A stretch of 64,000 nucleotides of DNA from a virus: the IMG/VR virus record IMGVR_UViG_3300045995_000108, positions 1 to 64,000 of that record; one strand, written 5' to 3'. Of the stretch, positions 29,186-38,452 are shown piece by piece. The notes under the pieces were generated by a model. It had not been told where the DNA came from. It was given only the letters and a program-made list of their open reading frames with translations, and made no database searches. Position 1 is the first letter of the stretch, and each line of letters begins with the position of its first letter. The position numbers and the translations under genes are program-made.

Positions 29186-29385
29186 TAACGTTCTCTGAGC
29201 GCGAGTGGGATGCAGTAAAAGAAACGTTGGCAGAAGACCACGGACCAACGATTATGCTGCTCCGTAATAGGTGCAAAGAGACGTTGGGATTTACTGTACG
29301 TTACGGCGTTTACGCCGCTCAAGAAGTGCATTTAGACTTCTTTGATGACACCAAGGAGACTTGGTTTAGGCTTCGTTACCTTTAG
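29182..29385 (+). CDS. FxL[KR]W-array protein
   Basis: Ends LDFFDDTKETWFRLRYL. Confidence 0.8.
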   Translation: MITFSEREWDAVKETLAEDHGPTIMLLRNRCKETLGFTVRYGVYAAQEVHLDFFDDTKETWFRLRYL

Positions 29386-30088
29386 ATCTACATTTTTCAA
29401 AGTGCCATTGCTTCATTACACCGCCCCCGCCACTTTTTCCGCAATGCGGACAGGTGACTATTATCTTTTGTTTTCCCCTATTAGCTTGCGCAATTTTTTC
29501 AATGTGCTCTGCCGTCCGTGGAGGCTTCTTTCGGCCTCGCTGGAAATCCGCAATTTTTTGGTTGTGCTCGGCTGTATGAACCTTACCTATATTTTTGGCC
29601 CCGCATTTAGCTTTAGTAGATTCCGAGTGTGTCTGTCCAAGTCTGGATTCTCTTATTTTTTGGATGTGTTCGGGCGAATTAGTGAGGCCTTTTCTGTTTT
29701 GATTTCCTTTACTGGAATTAGAAATTTTTTCCCTAACTTCGGGCGGCCGTTCGCGTCCCAAACTTCCACCGTATAATCCATCTTCAATTACTAAGTTTGC
29801 CCATTGTTTTGAAATAACAATATCGTTATCTTCAGAGAATTTAAGAGCATAGCTCACTAAAGAATGTATGTCAGTAAACAATTCACACCAAATAGTTTCT
29901 ACGTTGGATTTTCCGTGTTTAGCTAAATGAGCTTTCCAAATTTTCCCAGAGCCAGAATATTTGTAGGGATCTGGCCTGGTCGTTTTTCCGAAGTATTTCA
30001 ACCCAGTGATGGTATGCTGCTTTATATAAAGCCAAGTTGGCTTAAAAGTAGCTTGCTTTATATTTAAATTTTTAGTATAATGGTACAT
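29366..30088 (-). mobile_element. Free-standing GIY-YIG (Seg-like) homing endonuclease with NUMOD3 repeats
   Basis: WLYIKQHTITGLKYFGKT...YSGSG..W catalytic domain; repeated HSES/HTAE..KI NUMOD3-like units; C-terminal CPHC; opposite strand with its own ATAAATA box. Confidence 0.82.
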
Positions 30089-30147
30089 AGTAATATTTAT
30101 GCAAATGATGCTAAAGAAACCTTTTATTGACCTCAGAAAAGAACAAT

Positions 30148-33100
30148 ATGATTGATGATGCAGTTTTAGAATATGGGAAGCAAGTCAACGAGCTGATGGG
30201 CCCAATGGGCATCACAGCAGATGTGCACGAGCACGAGTCTTGCTACTACTTAACAGTGGACGGAAGCAAGCTGTATCCAACTGATGCAGAGTGGGTGGCA
30301 AACATTGGTAAAGGCTTTGTTGAATTCGTGCATGTCTTTGTGCCCAAGATGTTTACTGAGATGGAAGCAGCAACGATCAACGAGACTCGCGTTGAGTTTC
30401 GCATTGGTACACTGTTTGACATGATGGTACGGATTAAAGAATATGGCACCGAAGAGGATTAATATGGCGATCTCGCCCGTCATACAAGCCCGCATTGACT
30501 ACCTTAGGGAACTGCGGACCAATAACCCAATGTGGCTTCGCACTGCGATACAAACCATTCTGCGTGTGCCCAAGCGCCCAATGCGCCCTATACCGCAGCG
30601 GCCCACACCAACAACAGTTAGGAACTATGCTGCGAATCGTGCTGCACGAATGGCGCACCAACAGACTTACAAAGAGTGGAAGGAGGAGTTTAAAACCAAC
30701 CGCCCTATTACTTACTGGCTAACAGAGATACTGCCTAAATACTACTCATTTCTATTAGACAAAGTTGATGACAAGTGGTACGATGTGAAAGACAAGCTTG
30801 GTAACTTCCTGATCCATCGTGCAGACAGATGGAAGACTGGCGTAAGCCGTTGGGACTACGAGACGGCTGACGAGTTGATGCTGCAAGTGAACTTTGAGCA
30901 GTATGTAGAGTTTGTTGAATCTGTGTACTCACATCGTTACATCAACACAATGGTGCACCGCAACCGCAAAGCTGATCCTGGTGGTGTAGAAGAAAAGAAG
31001 TGGGTAAAAATAGACAAAGCAGCAGATCGCTATCCGTGGCTGCACTGGAAAAAGTATCGCAATAGTGAGTATGCTCTGCAATACTTACACTTGCAAATGG
31101 CTATTCCACACGATGATTACACTCCGCGGGACGAGATCCAGCGTCTCTGCCGTGCAATGTGTCTCTATGTGTGGTGGACGCAAGTTAGGCCAAACCGTGG
31201 CTCATCAGAAGAGAAATCAGGGCTGAAGGCATTCCGTGACCGTATTACTGCACAGTACGGCGAAGAAGATAAATGGTCCTACTCTGCGCTCACAAAAGAG
31301 CAGCAAGAAGAGTACAGCAAACTGATGCACGCCGACGATGATTTAGAACGGAAATGGTTAAATGAGGACACTGATATGCTGGTCCTTTTGGTAAAAGAAC
31401 GCCTAAACCTTTGGCAATAAATCAACTTTAATGTACAATGTAATATGACTACTGATGAACTAATCCTTTATGTAATTTTGGTGGGTTGCGTATTGCTATT
31501 TCTGGTACGCTTCTTGAAAGCAAAGGCCATAATGAATGAGGCCATGTCGCATGTTGTCGCAAAACACGTACATGAGATCAAAACGGAGATGCATGGCGAA
31601 ATGTTTTATTGGTTTGACCAAACAACTGACCAGTTTTACGCACAAGGCAAGACGATGGAAGAATGTGTTGTGCAACTTAAACAGGTTTATCCAGGGCATG
31701 TCTTTTTATATACAACTGTAGCAAACCAACAGTATTTGCTGGTTGGTCCAGATTTCGAGCCCATCCTGGTCGATGATGGCAGGACTCTTACTAAGAAGGA
31801 TTTTGAATGAGCGACGAGAAGAAAAAGGTATATCTCAGAACTGAGGAAGAGCGAGTTGCCTTCCTAGCTGAGCAACGTACTAAATGCAGGGAGTCAGAAA
31901 GCGCAGTTTTTGAAACTGAAGTTTTGTTTAAATACAATGCACGGACATTTTGGTGGGAGTATCTAGAAAAAGCACAAAAAATTGCACCAACAATTATGAC
32001 ATTCTGTGAATTTTGGGACGACAAAAACTCGTACCCGAGGACTATAGCGATTGATAATGCACCTGTTAGCTTGGCTAAGTGACGGAAATTGGTACAACTT
32101 AAAATTTTGGTCAGCTTGGATTGTGATATGTTATGTACTTTACTTACTAATGGATTTTGAATGAAAGACGAACTCGAACAGGATCTTTGCAAAAAGTATC
32201 CAAAGATTTTCAAAGACAATCGTCATCCTGACGCTCGCGTTTCTGGAATGCATTGGGGCATTTCCGTGGGTGATGGCTGGTATCATGCCATCAACAACGG
32301 CTGCTCGCTAGTGCAGAATCACATTGACCACTCACGCAAGCAACGTGTGCAAGCACTGCGATACAACCGCGCGATTAAACGTGCAAAAGGTGGGGACTCG
32401 TCCAGTCTACGCAAGACTTTTGCAATGAAAGACGGCACACTGACTCAGTGGCAAGAAAACGCTTTGCAAAAAGTATTTGATGAAGGGATGCAATTCAAGC
32501 CAGTGCCTGACGCTTGTGAACAAGTGATTGCAACGCAAGTCAAGGAAAAGTTTGGCGACCTGCGCTTCTACTACCAAGGTGGCGACAGCTTCTGCGGCGG
32601 CGTCATTGACATGATGGAAGCAATGACCTCTACTACTTGCGAAGACTGCGGCAACGTAGGTGCCAAGCTTGGCGGCGGGTGGATCAAGGTTCGCTGCGCA
32701 CCGTGCATACTTGGCTTCAAGCAATCAATGGCTGACTACGAAGTTGCAGATGACGAGCTAAGTGATCGTAATACCTAATGAATAAGATTTACTACGAAAA
32801 AGTGGGTCGCAAGTACGTGCCAGTGGCAGAGTACGACTCTATGTTTATGGATTCGTTTGCTAAAGGCAATCACCTGGTGATGTGCTATCCAGGCGGAACG
32901 TCACGCCGCTTTAACATTGAGCCTGCACTTGCTCCTATGATTGCAGCGGGTAGGTTTGCAGAAGACGAAATGTGTAGGATTATGGTTCTGAAAGCGACTG
33001 AGATGCGCCCGCAGTCAACCCCCGTCACTCCTGCGCAAAAAGACGCCTGGCAAAAACTCAGCGAAGCATTTGGTGACACTTCAACTGTGCTGCAAGGTGC

Positions 33101-33624
33101 GGCGATTCGAGACATTGTTGACGAAGGGTTAAAAGCATTGCAAGTAGAAGCTGAAAAGCTATTGCGAAATGAAGCAGTTAAACAAGCGTATGAGCAATTT
33201 CTGTTTATTGCTGCGCTAACAAAGGAACACAATGACAATGCATCTACATCATCCTAGTTTGTCGATGTCAGGTAAGAAAAAGGGCAAGCAAAAGTTTGCC
33301 AGTGCTGAAGCAAAACAACGCCACATGCAGCTCGAGCAAGAATGGGCTATACTTAAAAAGCAACATGGTGCTGACCTAGAAGAAAAGAAACGTTCTCGTG
33401 CAATGGGTGCTGACAATTTGTCATCTTATAGCCTCCAAGCACCACCAGGTCGTGAAACAAAGCATGTACCGTCACGTGGTGATGGTTTAGGATCTGCGGC
33501 ACTGGCACCCGCTAAAGTGTACACAGGCACAGAAATGCTGGGCATTGGGCAATTGCACAAGAGTAATGCAGTTCCAGTGTTCAGATCAGAGGATGCAGCA
33601 GACATTGCACGTATGCGGCGCTAA
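30148..33624 (+). other. Cluster of hypothetical phage ORFs (30148-30462, 30443-31420, 31445-31810, 31807-32082, 32161-32778, 32778-33257, 33232-33624)
   Basis: Contiguous + strand ORFs; 32161 has QVKEKFGDLRFY plus CxxC..CxxC; 33232 has YTGTEMLGIGQLHKSNAVPVF. Confidence 0.75.
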
Positions 33625-33660
33625 ATATATTGTCTAACGAAAGGATAACACAGACAACAC

Positions 33661-33879
33661 ATGGCTAAATCAGATTTAATGAAATTCGCAGGTAAGGTAG
33701 CCGAAGTCCTTCCTGGCGCAATGTTCCGAATCGTACTAGAGAACGAACACAAGATTCTTGCAACATTGGGCGGTAAACTTCGACAAAACAAGATCCAAAT
33801 TTTACTTGGTGACAACGTGGACATTGAAATGAGTCCATATGACCTATCTCGTGGGCGAGTAATTTACAGACACCGATGA
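33661..33879 (+). CDS. infA: Translation initiation factor IF-1
   Basis: 72 aa; GKVAEVLPGAMFRIVLEN, GKLRQNKIQILLGDNV, EMSPYDLSRGRVIYR. Confidence 0.96.
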   Translation: MAKSDLMKFAGKVAEVLPGAMFRIVLENEHKILATLGGKLRQNKIQILLGDNVDIEMSPYDLSRGRVIYRHR

Positions 33880-34199
33880 TTAACTTAACTGAAAACGCTG
33901 TAACTAAGATCAAAGACATCTTAGCAGAGGAAAACAACCCGCTCACAAAACTGCGCATATTTGTGCAAGGTGGCGGATGCTCAGGATTCTCGCATGGTTT
34001 CACCCTGGAAACTGAAGCTAACGAAGATGATTTCCAAGTTACTGACTACGGCTTTACTCTCCTGATTGACTCAATCAGCGCACAATACTTAACTGGTGCT
34101 AAAGTGGACTACAAAGAGTCACTAATGGGATCAAATTTCGCCATAGACGTACCTAACTCTACTGGATCTTGCGGCTGCGGCTCTTCTTTCTCAATGTAA
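33876..34199 (+). CDS. erpA: Fe-S cluster carrier, ErpA/IscA (HesB) family
   Basis: LRIFVQGGGCSGF and C-terminal CGCGSSF. Confidence 0.92.
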   Translation: MINLTENAVTKIKDILAEENNPLTKLRIFVQGGGCSGFSHGFTLETEANEDDFQVTDYGFTLLIDSISAQYLTGAKVDYKESLMGSNFAIDVPNSTGSCGCGSSFSM

Positions 34200-34247
34200 C
34201 CATAGTTGTTCTTTTGCTAAATACTACATTAGCAATGGAACAAACTC

Positions 34248-37200
34248 ATGAGTGTAAACTTAACAACGGTCAACATAGGAACTGAACCAAATAAGGGTGA
34301 TGGCGATCCAATTCGCACGGCTTTTGACCTCGTCAATAACAATTTCACTGAGGTTAAAAGCAAGATTGAGGGATTATCCAACGGTGTCATCAACAACGCG
34401 GGATACATAGATACTCAAGTTTTAGTTGCCAACACCAGTACAATCAATGCGTTAACGGTCAGCAACATTGCATATTTTAGTAGCAATGTCATTGCGGATA
34501 GCCTTTATGTAAACACTGCGATCACTGCTAATACAGTATCAAGCATTGGAAACATTACAGTAGGCGATAGCCTAAACGTAACTAATGATGTGATTATTAA
34601 TGGTAGCTTAACCGTGTTAGGCGCAGCGTCAGTAATCAGCTCTACTGATTTAACAGTACATGATTCGTTAATATCGCTGCATACTCCGTCCACTGGTACA
34701 CTAACGTCAGACGACACCAAAGATATAGGTGTATTATTTAATTACTACAAAAGTGGTGCAACAAATGCAGCATTAATATGGTCTAATACCACTGGGTCAT
34801 TGGAGTATTATTCTGAAGGCACGCAAGCATCAGGTAGAATCACTGGTGTGTACGGAGATATAAAGGCTGGTAGCTTTTTTGCAGCCAATACAAGTGCAAA
34901 CTCCATTGGAACAAATGGCGGAATAGCAGCGGCAGGCACAATAACAGCAACTTCATTAGTCAGTACAGATATTTCAGTGACTAACGCTGCAATTTCTGGA
35001 AACTTGACAATAGCAGTTCCATTGGCTGGTAAAAATATTCATGGAAGTTTATACTTAACTGGTACTGACAACGTATACATTAACGGTGAACCAGTAACTA
35101 CTTCTATGTCGCACTTTACTGGCGGCATGGTTCCTAACTTAGCATGGTTTGTTAACGGAGTAACGGCAAACAGTCAAGTTACCTCTACTAGCACTACAAG
35201 TGGTGCGATGACAGTAGACGGCGGGTTAGGTGTTACTGGTAACATCTACGCCGGCGCTATCCGTAATACTCCTATATCAGGTAGCACGGGTGACTTCACT
35301 GCATTGTCAGTAGCATCTACTTTTGCTGCATCATCTGTGTCGTTCTTGGGTGGCTACATTACTAACGTCCACGGCGATGCTACTCAATGGGCGGTAACTG
35401 ATTTTGTTTCTGGTAATGTTAAAATTACTGGCGGAACTATTACTGGTTTGACTGGCTTAGGTGCAGCCAATGCTACTATTACTTCTGGTACTATCACAGG
35501 CTTATCTAACTTAACATCCAGTGCAGCAACTATTACTTCAGGGTCATTGACAGGGCTGTCACAAGTTACAACAACTAACTTGACATCTGCTAATGGACTA
35601 GTAACCAATGCAAATGGTGCACGTATTGCTGGTGACTTCACTAACGCAACAGTAGCTAACAGGTTGATGTTCCAAACAACTGTTACTAACGGTGCGACTA
35701 ACATATCCGCTATCCCACGTGGTACTATCGTGACAACGGCGTTAACGGGTGCGTTTCGCATTGAGGATGCATCATCAATCATAACAGGCAATGGGTCAAG
35801 TGGTGGAATAGAGTTATATCAAGATACAGAACTTCGCTTAGTTTCCTCAACTCGTGGTACTGGTACGTATTTACCAATAACTGTGCACACGAACGGCAGC
35901 AAAGCTGCTCAATTCTCCACTGGTCATGATTTTACAGTTTACAATACTGGCGGCACTGCTGGTGTTATCACGCTGGGTGCAAATGGTGTTGTAACAGCAA
36001 CATCATTTACTGGGCGTTTAATAGGTCTTGCAGATACTGCGACCTTGGCAAACGGCGTAACTTGGGGTAATGTAACAAGTAAGCCAACATTTGCGACTGT
36101 GGCGACTAGCGGTTTGTACACTGATCTAAGTGGCACCCCAATTATTCCAGCAGCACAAGTGCAGTCCGACTGGACAGCAGCATCTGGTGTTACAGCTATA
36201 CTCAACAAACCATCCCTGGCGGCAGTAGCTACCAGTGGTTCATACACTGACTTAACTAGCAAGCCAACTATTCCTACTGTTCCTACAGCAGTGTCGGCGT
36301 TTACAAATGATTCAGGTTACATTACTTCTGCGACCCTTGGTACGTATGGTGTAAGTCAAATTATCGCTGGCACGAATATTGTTATCAGTCCTGCTGGTGG
36401 CACAGGCAATGTAACTATCAGCACTACTGCAACAGCTAATGCATCGTTATTAACAAGTAGCACATTATCGTCTAATGTAACTGCATCGTCATTAACCAGT
36501 GTTGGCACATTAACCAGCTTAACGACAAGTGGCAGTATTACAGTTGGCGGTAACTTGATTGTTAACGGTACAACTACCACAATTAATGCAACGACATTAG
36601 ACGTAGCAGACTTAAATATTACTGTAGCTAAGAATGCGGCGACAGCGGCGGCAGCGAATGGTGCTGGCATTACAGTTGCAGGTTCCAACGCAACGTTTAC
36701 TTATACAAGTGCAGATGATCGCTGGAACGCAAACAAGACTATTAACGGTACAATTACTAATGCTACACTAGCAGCTGGTGTAGATTGGGCCAATGTAACT
36801 AGCAAGCCAACTATTCCAGCGGCACAAGTGCAAACTGATTGGAATGCTGTATCTGGTTTAGGTGTATTACTAAACAAGCCAACACTAGCAACAGTCGCAA
36901 CAAGTGGGTCATACATTGACTTAACTAACAAGCCAACTATTCCAGCAGCACAGGTACAAACTGATTGGAATGCTGTATCTGGTTTAGGTGTATTACTAAA
37001 CAAGCCAACTATTCCAGCAGCACAAGTACAGTCCGATTGGAATGCAGTGTCTGGCATTGGTGTCATCCTTAATAAGCCAACATCGCTACCTGGTGCAAAG
37101 TATACAGAAAGTGCATCCGCACCAAGCGGTCCAACAGCAGGCGATCGTTGGTATAATACTGCATCTGACATCTTGTATCAATACATTGGTACATCGTGGG

Positions 37201-37817
37201 TAGACGTTTTCACTGCGGGCATTACTGCTACGTCAACAGCAACAGCAAACGCTATTGCACAACGTGATGCGACAGGTGGATCAGCATTTAGCACAATGAC
37301 AGCAGCCAATGTATTCGTTACAGGTACCGTAACAACATCCGGTGCAGGCACTGTTAACATTGGTACGAACACGAACAAGTTTGGTACTATCTACGGTACA
37401 GCAACAACAGCGCAATATGCTGACTTGGCTGAGATTTACATGTCAGACAAGAACTACTTACCAGGCACTGTGGTTGTATTTGGTGGCAGAGACGAAATCA
37501 CAGTGAACGACCACGAATACGATACAAGAATTGCAGGTGTCGTATCCACTATGCCTGCGTACTTGATGAACGACGTGGCGGCAGGCTTACAAGAAACTGG
37601 TGCTTATGCAATTCCAGTGGCATTAACTGGTCGTGTACCTTGCCGTGTGCTTGGTCCGATTAAGAAGGGTGACTTGCTAGTAGCATCTAAGTTTGCAGGT
37701 GTAGCAAAAGCTATAAACAACGCACAATGGTTACCTGGATGCGTTATTGGTAAAGCATTATCTGACTTACCTAACGTAGAGATAACAATAATTGAAGTAG
37801 TAATAGGGAGATTTTAA
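34248..37817 (+). CDS. Tail fibre-like virion protein (1189 aa)
   Basis: N-terminal NIGTEPNKGDGDPIRTAF; T/G/S/A-rich body; internal repeats; C-terminal YADLAE...ALTGRVPC domain; late CTAAATA box. Confidence 0.8.
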   Translation: MSVNLTTVNIGTEPNKGDGDPIRTAFDLVNNNFTEVKSKIEGLSNGVINNAGYIDTQVLVANTSTINALTVSNIAYFSSNVIADSLYVNTAITANTVSSIGNITVGDSLNVTNDVIINGSLTVLGAASVISSTDLTVHDSLISLHTPSTGTLTSDDTKDIGVLFNYYKSGATNAALIWSNTTGSLEYYSEGTQASGRITGVYGDIKAGSFFAANTSANSIGTNGGIAAAGTITATSLVSTDISVTNAAISGNLTIAVPLAGKNIHGSLYLTGTDNVYINGEPVTTSMSHFTGGMVPNLAWFVNGVTANSQVTSTSTTSGAMTVDGGLGVTGNIYAGAIRNTPISGSTGDFTALSVASTFAASSVSFLGGYITNVHGDATQWAVTDFVSGNVKITGGTITGLTGLGAANATITSGTITGLSNLTSSAATITSGSLTGLSQVTTTNLTSANGLVTNANGARIAGDFTNATVANRLMFQTTVTNGATNISAIPRGTIVTTALTGAFRIEDASSIITGNGSSGGIELYQDTELRLVSSTRGTGTYLPITVHTNGSKAAQFSTGHDFTVYNTGGTAGVITLGANGVVTATSFTGRLIGLADTATLANGVTWGNVTSKPTFATVATSGLYTDLSGTPIIPAAQVQSDWTAASGVTAILNKPSLAAVATSGSYTDLTSKPTIPTVPTAVSAFTNDSGYITSATLGTYGVSQIIAGTNIVISPAGGTGNVTISTTATANASLLTSSTLSSNVTASSLTSVGTLTSLTTSGSITVGGNLIVNGTTTTINATTLDVADLNITVAKNAATAAAANGAGITVAGSNATFTYTSADDRWNANKTINGTITNATLAAGVDWANVTSKPTIPAAQVQTDWNAVSGLGVLLNKPTLATVATSGSYIDLTNKPTIPAAQVQTDWNAVSGLGVLLNKPTIPAAQVQSDWNAVSGIGVILNKPTSLPGAKYTESASAPSGPTAGDRWYNTASDILYQYIGTSWVDVFTAGITATSTATANAIAQRDATGGSAFSTMTAANVFVTGTVTTSGAGTVNIGTNTNKFGTIYGTATTAQYADLAEIYMSDKNYLPGTVVVFGGRDEITVNDHEYDTRIAGVVSTMPAYLMNDVAAGLQETGAYAIPVALTGRVPCRVLGPIKKGDLLVASKFAGVAKAINNAQWLPGCVIGKALSDLPNVEITIIEVVIGRF
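36140..37080 (+). repeat. Intragenic AAQVQ[ST]DW...LNKP repeats in the tail fibre
   Basis: Four peptide copies; a 53-nt identical block at 36831-36883 and 36957-37009. Confidence 0.9.
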
Positions 37818-38452
37818 TGGCGTTTCCAGCAAGTCCGACAAACGGGCAAACAACAACCATAAACAGCGTAACATATACTTTTGCCAGTGCATCTAATTCC
37901 TGGACGAGAACTGGAGTCGTCGTAACTGTTGGTACAGTTTCATCTGCAGGACCAATTACACTTAATGGTGACCAAAACTTAGGTGCAGCAGGTGCGTATA
38001 ATTCTGGGTCTGTAACCAATGGCTGGGCAACAGTATACGCGACTAACTTTGCGGGCACAGCAAGCACCGCAAAGTACGCTGACTTGGCTGAAATGTACAA
38101 GGCAGATAAAGAATACGGTCCTGGCACTGTGCTAGTGCTTGGTGGTAGAGCAGAGGTTACTGAAACTAACATGCCAGCGGACTATAGGGTTGTTGGTGTG
38201 GTATCCACTGAGCCAGCTTACTTAATGAACTCACATTGTGGCGGTATCTCAGTACCAATTGCATTACGTGGGCGTGTTCCCCTTAAGGTAGTAGGATTGG
38301 TGTCGTCAGGTGACTTGCTTATTACATCCGAAGTACAAGGCTATGCTAAGAGCATTGGTGGCGATACGTCGTATGGGCCGGCAATTTTTGCTAAAGCAAT
38401 CACATCACACGCAGGACAATATTTAGGTTCAATTGAAGCAGTTATTTTATAA
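37817..38452 (+). CDS. Short tail-fibre-related protein
   Basis: MAFPASPTNGQ N-terminus; shares the YADLAE..GVVST.PAYLMN..ALRGRVP domain with the upstream gene. Confidence 0.75.
   Translation: MAFPASPTNGQTTTINSVTYTFASASNSWTRTGVVVTVGTVSSAGPITLNGDQNLGAAGAYNSGSVTNGWATVYATNFAGTASTAKYADLAEMYKADKEYGPGTVLVLGGRAEVTETNMPADYRVVGVVSTEPAYLMNSHCGGISVPIALRGRVPLKVVGLVSSGDLLITSEVQGYAKSIGGDTSYGPAIFAKAITSHAGQYLGSIEAVIL

Larger units (their letters stand above)
21806..29385 (+). repeat. Tandem array of 26 paralogous small genes with C-terminal [FI]x[FL]xxExD[AY]xxFxL[KR][WY] motif, plus 3 unrelated ORFs
   Basis: Members start at about 21806, 22234, 22586, 22954, 23142, 23330, 23545, 23777, 24028, 24237, 24422, 24613, 24855, 25070, 25275, 25530, 25998, 26398, 26679, 26906, 27132, 27809, 28122, 28737, 28979 and 29182; motif is visible in each translation. 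Confidence 0.9.

Noticed and set aside
21806-29385. Array as a classical integron cassette array
   Set aside because: Genes overlap or abut, leaving no room for attC sites, and no tyrosine integrase is present.
29366-30088. Intron-encoded endonuclease
   Set aside because: It lies antisense between intact genes, with no flanking intron sequence; free-standing.
36800-37080. Tail-fibre repeats as a diversity-generating retroelement TR/VR pair
   Set aside because: The repeats are in-frame, internal and differ mostly at synonymous sites; no reverse transcriptase in the window.
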